Shown: positions 14,891 through 25,634, counted from the stretch's first letter. The stretch is DNA of 64,000 bases from an uncultured virus (IMG/VR IMGVR_UViG_3300037200_000039) (IMGVR_UViG_3300037200_000039); one strand, 5' to 3'. Numbers and translations are program-made. The notes: a model not told the origin generated them from the letters alone.

Positions 14891-17047
14891 ATGGCGGTGG
14901 ATTACAAGCCAGTGGCGCAGGCGGCGCTGCAGCAAGCCTCTACGCTGCTGCCAGCGTGGATTGGCGGCCATCGCGAGGGCCATGAATGGCTGGCTGAGCG
15001 CAGAGCCAATGGCGGTTTAGGCGATAGCCTTAAAGTCAATCTCGAGACTGGCCTATGGTCGCACTTCGGCGCCGGCGGGGCGCAGCGCCCAGGCGGCAGT
15101 GACCTGATTGGCCTGTACGCCTACGTCAAGCATCTCGCTCCAGGGGCGGCTTATAGCCAGATCGCCGCGCAGGTCGGAATAACAGAACGGGCGGTCCAGG
15201 TCCTGCCGCGCGCCCGCGCGGGGCCCGATCCCAACCAACTCCAGCCGATCCCCGATAATCCACCACAGGCGCCCGAGCACCGTGTCCACGGCTATGCCGC
15301 CGAAATATACAAGTACGGCCAGCAGCAATGGGTATGTCGCTATGAAACGCCGCACGGCAAGACTTTTTCGCTATTGACCTGGCGCAATGGCCGGTGGAGC
15401 TTCACAGGGCACCCGGGGCCGCTGCAACTGTATGGCGCGGAGTTGCTGGCCGCGCACCCCGACCGCAAAGTCCTGGTGGTGGAGGGTGAGAAGTGCGCCA
15501 ACCGCGCACGCCCGATATTGAAGCAGTCCGTCATTGTCACCTGGGCGGGGGGCGCCGGTGCAGCGCGCAAGACTGATTGGACCACACTGCGTAACCGCGA
15601 GGTGACCATCTGGCCGGACGCGGATGAGCCTGGGCGCAAGGCCGCAGCGGACATTGCAGCCATTCTGGAGCCCGTGGCGCGGCGCGTGCGGGTGCTGCAC
15701 ACCAATGGCAAGGCCGATGGCTGGGACGTCGCTGACGCCATTGCAGAGGGCTGGAACGCCGAAACCATTCTGACCTGGGTGGATGAGCACGTGATCGAGC
15801 CAGCGGCGCCGCGCGTCGAGGTGTTGCCGCCGGCTGATCCGGAATCCGATTATCCAGCCGGGTCAGCACCGCAATCATATCTTGCGATCTGGCAATCGCT
15901 GGGTCTCATGTCGGACGCCAAAGACATCCCCCATCCCACCTTAAGCAATGCCAGCATCATTCTGCAATACCAACCCCCGTATAAGGGCAAGATCTGGTTC
16001 GACACGTTTCGTAGCGCAGTGTGGCATAGCGTGGCGGGCGCGCCGCGGCCCTGGACTGATGCCGACGATCGGCGCGCCACCACCTTCATTCAGCAGCGCT
16101 TAGGCCTACCTAAAATCCACTCCGGGATCGTGCAGGAAGCGGTGCTGCATGCAGCCGAATGCCAGCCCCGTAATACACTTACTGAGTGGCTTGACTCGCT
16201 AGTATGGGACGGCATTCCACGCCTGACTACGTGGCTCGCGGATTGCTTGGGCGTCGAGCGCGATGCTTACCATGATGCAGTCGCGCGCAATTGGCCTATT
16301 TCGATGGTCGCGCGTGCCTATGACCCAGGTTGTAAAGTGGACACCATGCCGGTGCTGGAGGCTGATCAGGGAACTGGCAAGTCGACATTCCTCAAGGTAC
16401 TTGGCCATCCATGGTTTGCTGCACTCAAGATGGCATTCGGCGAGAAAGACTTCCTCCAGGCAATCCAGGGCCGCTGGTTGGTCGAGATCCCGGATATGGC
16501 AGGCTTCTCGCGCCGCGAACATAGCGACATTCTCGCGACCATTAGCGACGCCCGCGATGTATATCGCAAAACGTACGCGCGAGTGACCGAAGAACATCCG
16601 CGCGTTACGGTATTCGCGGCGACCTCGGAAAACAACGAATATCTACAGGAAACCCGCGGACGGCGCCGCTATTGGCCACTGGTCTGCGGAACCATAAATA
16701 CCGATACCCTGCAGGCCCAACGCGCCCAGATATTCGCCGAGGCGGTAATCGAATACCGCAATGGCAGCCAATGGCACGAGGTGCCAGAGAACGAGAGCGA
16801 CGAAATCCAGTCAGCACGCGCATCGCGCGATATCTGGACCGACACCGTCATGCACTACGCCGAGCACTACGGCGAGAGCAAACTCACATCCTGCGCCATT
16901 CTCACCAATTGCATCAATATGGAACTGTCGCGCCAAGACGATGCGGCTAAGCGCCGCATCTATCGCATCATGACGGAAAACGGCTGGAAACAACTGCGCG
17001 ATCGTAAAGAACGCTTCTGGCGGCAAGCCACCACTGCCAAGGGCTGA
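14891..17047 (+). CDS. Primase-helicase: TOPRIM domain plus VapE/VirE-like P-loop ATPase
   Basis: VLVVEGEKCA, IWPDADEPG, GWDVADA (TOPRIM); WDGIPRL, PGCKVD, DQGTGKST, RKTYAR, GRRRYWP (VapE). Confidence 0.9.
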   Translation: MAVDYKPVAQAALQQASTLLPAWIGGHREGHEWLAERRANGGLGDSLKVNLETGLWSHFGAGGAQRPGGSDLIGLYAYVKHLAPGAAYSQIAAQVGITERAVQVLPRARAGPDPNQLQPIPDNPPQAPEHRVHGYAAEIYKYGQQQWVCRYETPHGKTFSLLTWRNGRWSFTGHPGPLQLYGAELLAAHPDRKVLVVEGEKCANRARPILKQSVIVTWAGGAGAARKTDWTTLRNREVTIWPDADEPGRKAAADIAAILEPVARRVRVLHTNGKADGWDVADAIAEGWNAETILTWVDEHVIEPAAPRVEVLPPADPESDYPAGSAPQSYLAIWQSLGLMSDAKDIPHPTLSNASIILQYQPPYKGKIWFDTFRSAVWHSVAGAPRPWTDADDRRATTFIQQRLGLPKIHSGIVQEAVLHAAECQPRNTLTEWLDSLVWDGIPRLTTWLADCLGVERDAYHDAVARNWPISMVARAYDPGCKVDTMPVLEADQGTGKSTFLKVLGHPWFAALKMAFGEKDFLQAIQGRWLVEIPDMAGFSRREHSDILATISDARDVYRKTYARVTEEHPRVTVFAATSENNEYLQETRGRRRYWPLVCGTINTDTLQAQRAQIFAEAVIEYRNGSQWHEVPENESDEIQSARASRDIWTDTVMHYAEHYGESKLTSCAILTNCINMELSRQDDAAKRRIYRIMTENGWKQLRDRKERFWRQATTAKG

Positions 17048-17076
17048 ACCGTAGGAGGGCGCTATACTCGCACCGC

Positions 17077-18720
17077 ATGGCCGCCACATTTGACTTAACC
17101 AAGATCGATCAGCGCCTCCAGCTATTGGATTTGGACCGCGTCGACTGCGAGGAAAGTCTCTATACCTTCCTGAAGCGATCATGGGCGAATATAGACCCAG
17201 CACCGTGGGCGGACGGATGGCATATTCAGGCGATCTGTGAGCACCTCGAAGCAGTGGTCGATGGGCAGATACGCCAGCTCATAATCAATGTCCCGCCACG
17301 GTGCTGCAAGTCTATAACTACCAGCGTGGCATTCCCGGCATGGACCTGGGCGCAGTCGCGCAAAAGTCCGACCTCTGGTCCGGGCGTGCCGTTCTTGTAT
17401 GCCTCATATGCCGACAGGCTCTCATTGAGAGATTCAGTGAAATGTCGGCGGTTGATTGAATCGCCGTGGTATTCGCAAAGATGGGGCCGCCGGTTTCAGT
17501 TATTAGGCGATCAAAACCAGAAGTCACGGTTCGCAAACGACCAAGGAGGCGAAAGGCTCATCACAAGTATCGGCGCCGGCGTTACTGGTGAAGGTGGAAA
17601 TATAATTTGTATCGACGACCCCAACGCCGCCAACGAGGTTGCCAGCGAGGCATCCATAGAAACTACAATAAGCTGGTGGACCACTGTGATGCCCTCGCGG
17701 CTCAACGATATGGCCACTGGGGCTTTTGTGATTATTCAGCAGCGGCTCGCGGAGAACGACCTCACCGGGCATATTCAAGAAAACGAAGCGGATGGCTGGG
17801 TGCAATTGATATTGCCGGCGCGCTATGAGCCGGAACGCACCATTATATTGAGCACATCCATTGGCTGGACCGATCCGCGCACCGAGCCCGGTGAATTGTT
17901 GTGGCCAGCGAAGTTTAGCGATGAATCGCTGAAGCGTCTTGAGAAAAAAATGGGGCCATTTATTTCGGCCGGGCAGCTGCAACAGCGACCTGAGCCGCAG
18001 GGTGGCGGAATCATCAAACGGGAATGGTGGAAGTTATGGGTAGGGGGTGCGGTATATCCGGCTATGGACTTCGTGTTGGGGTGCTTGGATACGGCATATA
18101 CGGAAGACACGATGAACGATCCATCTGGCATGATTGTATGGGGAGTATTCTCGGGCAGCTTGTTGGAGGGAGAGATAGCGCAGTCGACGCGCAGCATGGG
18201 GCGCGATGGCCGACCGATGTATATCGATCGGCGCTACAGTGAGATCACGCCGCAAGTCATGCTGATGCACGCGTGGGATGATCGATTGGAGTTGCATAAT
18301 CTAGTGACGCGCGTCGCGAAGGTGTGCGTTGCGATGAAGGTGGATTTGCTATTGATCGAGAACAAGGCATCTGGTATTTCGGTTGCGCAAGAAATCCGCC
18401 GGCTGTACAGCAATGAGCGCTTCGGGGTACAGTTGTTTGACCCTAAGAGTCAGGACAAGACGGCGCGCCTGTATTCAGTGCAGCATCTGTTTGCTGAGGG
18501 TATTATTTATGCGCCTGACCTCACGTGGGCGGAGCGCGTGATTACGCAGGTTGGCATGTTCCCGAAGGGCAAGCACGATGAGTTTGTCGACTTGACCTCG
18601 ATGGGTCTACGCCATCTGCGCGATAACGGACTGATAGCGCGTGCGCCGGAACGTCAGGCTGAGCTTCAGTCTCTGACGGTATATCCTGGTGGCCAGGCAG
18701 CGCCGCTGTATCCGGCATGA
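17077..18720 (+). CDS. terL: Terminase large subunit
   Basis: IINVPPRCCKS, TGEGG.IICIDDP, IIQQRL..DL.G, QLQQRP, LDTAY, LIENKASG, HDEFVD. Confidence 0.95.
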   Translation: MAATFDLTKIDQRLQLLDLDRVDCEESLYTFLKRSWANIDPAPWADGWHIQAICEHLEAVVDGQIRQLIINVPPRCCKSITTSVAFPAWTWAQSRKSPTSGPGVPFLYASYADRLSLRDSVKCRRLIESPWYSQRWGRRFQLLGDQNQKSRFANDQGGERLITSIGAGVTGEGGNIICIDDPNAANEVASEASIETTISWWTTVMPSRLNDMATGAFVIIQQRLAENDLTGHIQENEADGWVQLILPARYEPERTIILSTSIGWTDPRTEPGELLWPAKFSDESLKRLEKKMGPFISAGQLQQRPEPQGGGIIKREWWKLWVGGAVYPAMDFVLGCLDTAYTEDTMNDPSGMIVWGVFSGSLLEGEIAQSTRSMGRDGRPMYIDRRYSEITPQVMLMHAWDDRLELHNLVTRVAKVCVAMKVDLLLIENKASGISVAQEIRRLYSNERFGVQLFDPKSQDKTARLYSVQHLFAEGIIYAPDLTWAERVITQVGMFPKGKHDEFVDLTSMGLRHLRDNGLIARAPERQAELQSLTVYPGGQAAPLYPA

Positions 18721-18965
18721 GCACCGGGATTATCAAATCACCCCACGATTGCATGGTCCTGGCATCTGCGACGGTCGATCTGATCTCGAAAGTACAGCGG
18801 CCGTGGCTATTCCGGGTTACAGTGGTAGGCAAGCCGCCGCATTTGGCGCGCAGAGTCTATGAAATAGCCGCTATTTCAGATTCCCAGGCCGCAATGGTTG
18901 GAATTGAGAAGTTCGTGAAAGAAATGTCACAGCAGCATCCAGCTAGGATATTGGCGGTATTGTGA
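18717..18965 (+). CDS. Hypothetical protein between TerL and portal
   Basis: 82 aa, coupled overlaps. Confidence 0.7.
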   Translation: MSTGIIKSPHDCMVLASATVDLISKVQRPWLFRVTVVGKPPHLARRVYEIAAISDSQAAMVGIEKFVKEMSQQHPARILAVL

Positions 18966-21343
18966 GTGCCGTCCCGGGCCTAGGCAATGCGAATCTACGC
19001 ATACCAGGACCGCCCGACGCTGAGCTACCGGACCCCGCGCACGTCATTGTACAGATGGACGCGCCCGACACCGATATTCCAGAAATCGACGAGAAGGGGA
19101 ACATCCTCAAGATCATCCACGGTGACGGCTCCGTCTCCATATCGCTGGATGGTAAGGGATTGGGCAATGTCGCTGCGGCAAATGACCGGACGCTCGAATG
19201 GTTCGATAACCTGGTAGATAAGATCGACGCGAACGAGTTATCGAGAATCGCCGAGGATCTCTTGCGCGGGGTTGAACAGGACATCCAATCGCGTAAGGAT
19301 TGGATTGACGAGCGAGCACTCGGCATCAAGCTGCTCGGCCTCAAGATTGAGCTACCGAACGTACAGGGCGGCGCCGATGCAGCGCCAGTCGAGGGCATGT
19401 CGAAGGTACGCCATCCGCTGCTGCTCGAGGCAGTGCTGAGATTCCAGGCTAATGCTCGCGCGGAACTGCTGCCGACGGATGGGCCGGTCAAGATCCGCAA
19501 TGATGATAACGACGCGACGCTGAAAGAAGATCAACTTGCGAACGCGTATGAACGCGACATGAATCACTATCTGACGGCAATCGCCACTGAGTACTACCCC
19601 GATACCGATCGCATGCTACTGATGCTCGGATTCGGCGGCACGACCTTCAAGAAGGTATACTTCTGCCCGCTGCGTAATCGGCCGGTCTCGGAGTCGGTCG
19701 ACGCCGACGATATCATCGTGAATCAGGCGGCGGTCAATCTAGCGAATGCGCGCCGCATTACCCACCGTACCTACTTGCGCCCGTCGACCGTCAAGCGTCT
19801 GCAGATCTTGGGCGTGTATCGCGACACGGACTTGTCAGATCCGATCCCGCAACAGGAAGATGCGGTACAGCGCGAGGAAAAGTCGCAGCAAGGACTACAA
19901 TCTAATAATTTCCTGGCGGATGATCGTGATCGACAGATATACGAGATTTGCTGCGAGCTCGACGTTAAGGGCTTTGAGCACAAGCACAAGGGGAAAGTGT
20001 CGGGTCTGGAAATTCCCTACAAGGTATCGATCGATGTGTCATCGCGCACGGTGCTTGCGATTACGCGCAATTACGACGAAGACGATAAGGAACTACCGAC
20101 CGCGCGCCAGAGCTACATAAAGTATACCTTCGTGCCTGGATTTGGCTTCTACGATATCGGACTGCTGAATATTCTGGGCAACACCACGAATGCGGTGACA
20201 GCTGCGTGGCGGGAGATGCTGGATAACGGGATGTTCGCGAATTTCCCGGGCTTTTTGATGGCGAAATCCGGCGCGCGTCAGAACACGAATGTCTTTCGGG
20301 TGCCACCTGGCGGCGGGGTGCAAGTAGATACCGGCGGTCTACCGATCACCCAGGCTATCATGCCGTTGCCGTATGAGAGCACGCATATGGCGCCGCTGAT
20401 GGCCCTCGTCCAGGACATGGTGCAAACCGGGCAGCGCGTCGGTGGCACGTCTGAGATGCAAGTCGGCGAGGGCCGCGCCGACGCGCCGGTCGGCACGACG
20501 TTGGCGTTGATCGACCAAGCGGTCAAGATCATCAATAGTGTGCACAAGCGCATGTTCACCGCCCAAGCCGAAGAAATTGCGCTGTTAGTTAAGGTATTCA
20601 GAGAGCATCCGCACAGCTTTTTTGCGCACAAGTGCAAGTCCAAAACCGTCTGGGACGCCGCGAAGTTCATCGAGGCTGTGAACAACTGCGAGCTGGTGCC
20701 GCAAGCAGATCCCAATACCGCGAGCATGGGTCAGCGTGTGCTCAAGATTCAAGGCTTGAAGCAACTCCAAGCCGCGAGTCCGAATCTATATGATCCGATC
20801 GCCATTGATACAGCGGCTCTGCAAGCAATGGGATGGAGTAATCCGGAGGCGTTCTTTGTACCGCCTACGGCTCGGGCTGCTCCGCCTCCGGAACTCCAGG
20901 AGCTCCAGGCCAAAATACAAAACGACAAGGCTGCGGCTGCTGCCAAAACACTGGAAGCACAATCGCGCATGACCGAGGCGCAAGCCAAGGCAGCGGACGT
21001 GAAAGCCAAGGTGGATACGGGCCACTATGCGCCGCAGCCGGAAGCGGCTGGCGCTCCCGCTGCGCCACCACAAGATACGCCGGTCGACGTAGCGCTAGCG
21101 CAGGCTAAAATACTGGACTCGCATACGCGTGCCAGGGACGTTGCGGTAAAAGAGCGTGAAGCCGAGACCGAGAACCGCAATCGGGATCAAGATCGCGCCG
21201 CTAAATTGCATGAGACGGCCATTGCGCTGGCCGGCGATTTGATAAAGGCGCCAACTACCGAAGGCGGCGGCCAGGTGTCAACGTCGGGAGTCGGCCATCG
21301 TGCCTCGAAGATTATCAAGGATGCAGACAAGGGATTGAAATGA
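18962..21343 (+). CDS. Portal protein
   Basis: Position after TerL, 793 aa; SRKDW, HPLLLEAVLRFQA, FKKVY, PGFGFYDIGL, APVGTTLAL; coiled-coil C-terminus. Confidence 0.88.
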   Translation: MSAVPGLGNANLRIPGPPDAELPDPAHVIVQMDAPDTDIPEIDEKGNILKIIHGDGSVSISLDGKGLGNVAAANDRTLEWFDNLVDKIDANELSRIAEDLLRGVEQDIQSRKDWIDERALGIKLLGLKIELPNVQGGADAAPVEGMSKVRHPLLLEAVLRFQANARAELLPTDGPVKIRNDDNDATLKEDQLANAYERDMNHYLTAIATEYYPDTDRMLLMLGFGGTTFKKVYFCPLRNRPVSESVDADDIIVNQAAVNLANARRITHRTYLRPSTVKRLQILGVYRDTDLSDPIPQQEDAVQREEKSQQGLQSNNFLADDRDRQIYEICCELDVKGFEHKHKGKVSGLEIPYKVSIDVSSRTVLAITRNYDEDDKELPTARQSYIKYTFVPGFGFYDIGLLNILGNTTNAVTAAWREMLDNGMFANFPGFLMAKSGARQNTNVFRVPPGGGVQVDTGGLPITQAIMPLPYESTHMAPLMALVQDMVQTGQRVGGTSEMQVGEGRADAPVGTTLALIDQAVKIINSVHKRMFTAQAEEIALLVKVFREHPHSFFAHKCKSKTVWDAAKFIEAVNNCELVPQADPNTASMGQRVLKIQGLKQLQAASPNLYDPIAIDTAALQAMGWSNPEAFFVPPTARAAPPPELQELQAKIQNDKAAAAAKTLEAQSRMTEAQAKAADVKAKVDTGHYAPQPEAAGAPAAPPQDTPVDVALAQAKILDSHTRARDVAVKEREAETENRNRDQDRAAKLHETAIALAGDLIKAPTTEGGGQVSTSGVGHRASKIIKDADKGLK

Positions 21344-21389
21344 TTGCCAAACTCAGAACTTACGTCTACTCTGTCCAGAGGACTGAATC

Positions 21390-21686
21390 ATGACTGATAT
21401 GCGCGCAGTGCCTAAACCGGAAGGATACGATCTGCGAGTTGCGCGTTCACAGAAAACAAACGATTTGCCAGGAAGCCTTTGGCTTCCCGAGGATGCGCTG
21501 TTTTCTGCTTTCGAGATGATGAAAGAACAGCCGCCGCGAGGAGCATTCATAGTGTGCTGGTATACGCCAAATACGGACGATGGAAACAAAGGCCGATTGA
21601 AATTAAAATTTCAGGGATATCAACAGCATGATTGCCAGATGAAGGCGCTAGCAGCGGAAATGGCAGCATGGCTGGTGGCACCATGA
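21390..21686 (+). CDS. Hypothetical protein
   Basis: 98 aa, GAGGA upstream. Confidence 0.6.
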   Translation: MTDMRAVPKPEGYDLRVARSQKTNDLPGSLWLPEDALFSAFEMMKEQPPRGAFIVCWYTPNTDDGNKGRLKLKFQGYQQHDCQMKALAAEMAAWLVAP

Positions 21687-22354
21687 GCGCCGCACTTGCT
21701 GAACGAGCACGATCCCAAGCTAAGTCGAAGGCCGAGCGCATGACGCGCGGCGATCCTAAGGCCAAAGTAGACGCGTCCTCGTGGACCCCATCGTCTCCCA
21801 TGAACGCCGACGTCCAGACCGGCGAGCGACCTATCTCACGGCCGCAGTTCCGCAATGGCGGTAAGGTGATGGGTGGCGCTGCGGTCATGCACGGCGGCCG
21901 TAAACCGCGTAAGGCCGGCGGCAGTGCGATGACACCGGACAACTATATCAATCGGGACGTCAAAGAGGCCAACGAGGAACGCCCTGGGATCAAACACGTT
22001 GGGGGGTTCAAAAAAGGCGGCCGCACCCACGGCGAAGATTGCACGTGCGCGAAATGCAGCGGCGGGCGCGTCGCGCGCAAGGATGGCGGCCGAGCCAAAA
22101 AGGGCATGAACGTCAATATCATCATCACGCAGCCGAAGGACAAGCCAGCGATGCCACCTCCGGGTATGATGCCGCCCGGCGCCGGTCCAGTCGGAATGCA
22201 CCAAGCGCCACCGCCGGCGATGCCGCCCCCGGGAGCTGCGCCGCCGATGGGTCCGCCGCCAATGGGGCGCAAGTCTGGCGGGCGCGCATATGCACTCAAG
22301 GATGGCGCGGGCGGTGGGCTAGGACGATTGCAGAAGATCAAGGCGTACGGTTGA
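21683..22354 (+). CDS. Basic Gly/Pro/Met-rich protein with repeated xxGG motifs (probable head-internal protein)
   Basis: FRNGGKV, RKAGG, FKKGGR, RKDGGR, RKSGGR; ends GAGGGLGRLQK. Confidence 0.7.
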   Translation: MSAALAERARSQAKSKAERMTRGDPKAKVDASSWTPSSPMNADVQTGERPISRPQFRNGGKVMGGAAVMHGGRKPRKAGGSAMTPDNYINRDVKEANEERPGIKHVGGFKKGGRTHGEDCTCAKCSGGRVARKDGGRAKKGMNVNIIITQPKDKPAMPPPGMMPPGAGPVGMHQAPPPAMPPPGAAPPMGPPPMGRKSGGRAYALKDGAGGGLGRLQKIKAYG

Positions 22355-22356
22355 TT

Positions 22357-22563
22357 GTGCCTATCACCGGCCAATCAAAGTTTGAAATCGAATTGAAAAA
22401 GATTATCGATGAAGAGATAGATCGATTGAGCGAAGTGCTCGAAGCGGGAGTAGGCATACCTGATTACGCCAAATATCAAAACATCGTGGGCCAGATATAT
22501 GCACTGCGCCTCGTGGCAAATGAGTATTGCTTCGAAGCCAACGACACTATAGAAAAAAGGTAG
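22357..22563 (+). CDS. Small conserved phage protein
   Basis: GTG at 22357; ELKKIIDEEI...DYAKYQNIVGQIYAL; lies just upstream of the GroES-like gene. Confidence 0.65.
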   Translation: MPITGQSKFEIELKKIIDEEIDRLSEVLEAGVGIPDYAKYQNIVGQIYALRLVANEYCFEANDTIEKR

Positions 22564-22567
22564 CACC

Positions 22568-22954
22568 GTGCCTCTTACCCCGAATATTGCTGTATCTATG
22601 AAGCACGAGAAGGATCCGTGTCTGCAAATCCTGGAAGAGATTGGTGATCTCAGTGGCTTTCAGATTCTGAATAATGAAGTGCTGATTGCCATCTATCGAC
22701 GGCCAGAAAAGACCCGCGGCGGGATTATCCTGACGCCAAACAATTTGAATGAGGATCTCTATCAATCCAAAGCTGGGCTGGTGGTGAAGATCGGCCCCAG
22801 TTGCGAGTTTCCGACCGTGCCGATTGCGCTCCACGACTGGGTTATCGTGCGGCCTTCAGACACCTATGCGCTGGAAGTGAACTTTGTGTCGTGCCGTCTG
22901 ACGCAAGACAAGTTTATTCGTGTCAAAGTAGCCACCCCGGGGATGGTATGGTGA
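22568..22954 (+). CDS. GroES/Cpn10-like co-chaperonin
   Basis: VLI...EKTRGGIILT...GLVVKIGP...DWVIV. Confidence 0.8.
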   Translation: MPLTPNIAVSMKHEKDPCLQILEEIGDLSGFQILNNEVLIAIYRRPEKTRGGIILTPNNLNEDLYQSKAGLVVKIGPSCEFPTVPIALHDWVIVRPSDTYALEVNFVSCRLTQDKFIRVKVATPGMVW

Positions 22955-22958
22955 TCAC

Positions 22959-23897
22959 ATGAGCAGCGAAGAGGTTAGCATTGATTTCGACGAAATTGAC
23001 CGGCTCAAGGCTGAAGAAGCCGAAAAATCCAAGAAAACTGACGCCAAAAAAGTTGACGCCGAACCGAAAATTGAAGTCGTCAAAGAGGAGCCCGAGCGAA
23101 AACCAAAAGCGGAGATCGTCAAGCCAGAGGACGGCCTCGAAAAGCTCAAAAAGCAACTCGACGATGAAAAGATTGCACGCCAGAACGCTGAAACACGCGC
23201 TCGCGAGGCTGCCGAGTCGGAAGTACGCGCTAAAACCGAGGTACTAAGTACACAGGTCGACATATTCACTAGCGCAATCGCGAGTCTCAAGCAGTCCGAC
23301 GACATGCTCGAGCAAAAATACGCCGAAGCGCTTACCGCGCAGGACTATCCCGCAGCCGCCAAGGTACAGCGCGAGATGGCAAACAATGCCGCTAAGCTCA
23401 TGACGCTGGAGGAGGGCAAGAAGCGCGTGGAATCGGCACCGAAGCCGGCCGTGCGGCCCCCTAGTGATCCACTGGACCAATTTACTGCCCAATTATCACG
23501 ACGCTCGGCAGATTGGGTGAGAGCGCACCCTGATTACGTGCGCGATGCCGCCAAGAATCGCGAAATGATCGCGGCACACGAAATCGCCGTGGCTCGTGGC
23601 CACAAGGTTGACAGCGACGAGTACTTCCGGTCGGTTGAGAAAACCTTGGAACTGGAACTGGAGCAGGAGCAATCGATTGTCATCGATCCAGATCCGCCGG
23701 AAGCGGCCACCAAGCCGACACGGCGCGCATCGCTGGCTGCCGCGCCGGTAACGCGTAGCGGCAATGGCGCCGGCAATCGCCCGAATGTAGTAACGCTGTC
23801 GTCGCAAGAGGTAGAGATGGCGCAAATGATGCAGATGACGCCGGAAGAGTACGCGCGGCATAAGGTCTCTTTGAAACGAGAAGGACGCATAAATTGA
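22959..23897 (+). CDS. Probable scaffolding protein
   Basis: Acidic coiled coil in the head module; C-terminal VTLSSQEVEMAQMMQMTPEEYARHK. Confidence 0.7.
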   Translation: MSSEEVSIDFDEIDRLKAEEAEKSKKTDAKKVDAEPKIEVVKEEPERKPKAEIVKPEDGLEKLKKQLDDEKIARQNAETRAREAAESEVRAKTEVLSTQVDIFTSAIASLKQSDDMLEQKYAEALTAQDYPAAAKVQREMANNAAKLMTLEEGKKRVESAPKPAVRPPSDPLDQFTAQLSRRSADWVRAHPDYVRDAAKNREMIAAHEIAVARGHKVDSDEYFRSVEKTLELELEQEQSIVIDPDPPEAATKPTRRASLAAAPVTRSGNGAGNRPNVVTLSSQEVEMAQMMQMTPEEYARHKVSLKREGRIN

Positions 23898-24505
23898 CCA
23901 CTGAACCCACCAAAGACGATGCAATTCCTCCGCGCCCGCGGCATACGACGCTGCATACACCTCTGCCACCGGCGCCCGGGGTGCCCCCCGACGAGACCGA
24001 TTCCATACCGGCGCCTCCAAAGTACCTCGAAGAATCGTCGCGTACGCGCGCAGCACGTCGCGCCGCTGAATTGCGCGAGCACCTAGGGCCGGCCGGCCAT
24101 GACGAAAGCACCGATATGTACTTCATCGATCCGCGCGCAATCCCCGATGGATGGTCCTATGAGTGGAAGAGCCGCACGGTGCTGGGGGCACCCAATCCGT
24201 CATACGAAGTATCACTAGCGCGCCGCGGCTGGGAGGCAGTTCCGGCATCTCGTCATCCGGAAATGATGCCCCAGAACTGGTCCGGCAACTACATCGAGCG
24301 CGAGGGCCAGATTCTGATGGAAAGGCCGATGGAAATCACCGACGAGGCCAAAGCCTATGAGATACGCAAGGCACGTATGCAGATACACCAGAGAGAAGAG
24401 GGACTGAGCCAAGCCCCAGCCGGTACGGCTGAACGGGATAATAAGGGCACGCCGCTGACCAAGGTCGCTAAATCCTATGAGGCGATCCCGATTCCGCGGG
24501 AGTGA
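23894..24505 (+). CDS. Conserved head-module hypothetical protein
   Basis: IPDGWSYEWK...GWEAV...GQILMERP. Confidence 0.75.
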   Translation: MTTEPTKDDAIPPRPRHTTLHTPLPPAPGVPPDETDSIPAPPKYLEESSRTRAARRAAELREHLGPAGHDESTDMYFIDPRAIPDGWSYEWKSRTVLGAPNPSYEVSLARRGWEAVPASRHPEMMPQNWSGNYIEREGQILMERPMEITDEAKAYEIRKARMQIHQREEGLSQAPAGTAERDNKGTPLTKVAKSYEAIPIPRE

Positions 24506-24673
24506 TATGGACCGCCATATATTATTCGCTCATCCAACACGAGATATCGCGACCGCGATGCAGTACCGTCGCAGATCAGCGGCATCCGTAAGAACTTGCT
24601 GAATAAAGTTAATCAGAACTCAAAACCAACCTATGGGTCGATCCGGAGCAGTTCGATGCATGGAGGGCTTTGC

Positions 24674-25375
24674 GTGAAGACGGAGGTAATCGGTAACGCG
24701 ACGCTGTATCTCGGGGACTGCCGCGAGATTCTGCCGACGCTGCCGAATGTCGATGCTGTGGTGACAGATCCGCCGTATGGGATTGGCTTTAAATATGCGT
24801 CCCACGACGATTCTGCGGACGGCTACGGGAATTTTATTTGGTCGATAATTTCTGCTGCAGAGGCGCTTTGCCGGCCATCCTCTCCCGTCTTTGTTTGGCA
24901 AGCGCAAACGAATTTCAAGAAATTTAGCCAGTGGTTCCCGCGAGACTGGCGAATTTTGATTGAGGCGCGGAATTTTGTGCAAATGCGCTCCCACGTTATG
25001 CAATTCGCTTATTCGCCGGTTTTGACATGGTGGACGCCTGGCGATGGGAAGCCTTGGCGGGAACCCAAAGATAGCGGCAAATGGGTTAATCGGGATTGGT
25101 TCATTGCCAACAGTGCGGCGGCCGTATCGGATACCACGAGCCTAGCGAGACAGCATCCATGCCCGCGCCAGGTGGATGCAATGGAATTTGTCATCGGTAA
25201 CTGGGTAAGGCCCATGAGCCTAGCGCTGGACCCCTTCATGGGCTCAGGTACGACAGGGGTAGCCTGCGCGAACCTCGGCCGCAATTTCATCGGCATCGAG
25301 ATCGAGCCCAAATACTTCGATATTGCCTGTAAGCGCATCGATGCGGCGTACGCGCAGGGGAGACTATTCGCATGA
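24674..25375 (+). CDS. DNA N6-adenine/N4-cytosine methyltransferase (beta class)
   Basis: GDC, VTDPPYG, HPCP, LDPFMGSGTTG, IGIEI; GGAGG before GTG 24674. Confidence 0.92.
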   Translation: MKTEVIGNATLYLGDCREILPTLPNVDAVVTDPPYGIGFKYASHDDSADGYGNFIWSIISAAEALCRPSSPVFVWQAQTNFKKFSQWFPRDWRILIEARNFVQMRSHVMQFAYSPVLTWWTPGDGKPWREPKDSGKWVNRDWFIANSAAAVSDTTSLARQHPCPRQVDAMEFVIGNWVRPMSLALDPFMGSGTTGVACANLGRNFIGIEIEPKYFDIACKRIDAAYAQGRLFA

Positions 25376-25399
25376 AACTACCAGAGCAGAAATACGTCG

Positions 25400-25633
25400 A
25401 TGCCGCTGAAAAGCTCGGATCGTAATACCCGAGAGAATCGCAAATCAGCTATGACCCCGGCGCGCATTGAGCGCTTCGCCGATAGACTCGCTGAATATTC
25501 CATCCAGGGCGGCAAAATGTGGGTATCGCAAGTATCCACGGATCGGGTGATATTTCGCGGCATCGATGGCTTGAGCTTGAACGTCAACGACGTGCGCAAG
25601 CTGCGCGACTGGCTGACTAGCATCCTGCCCTGA
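25400..25633 (+). CDS. Hypothetical protein (start uncertain)
   Basis: ORF ending VRKLRDWLTSILP. Confidence 0.5.
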   Translation: MPLKSSDRNTRENRKSAMTPARIERFADRLAEYSIQGGKMWVSQVSTDRVIFRGIDGLSLNVNDVRKLRDWLTSILP

Positions 25634-25634
25634 G

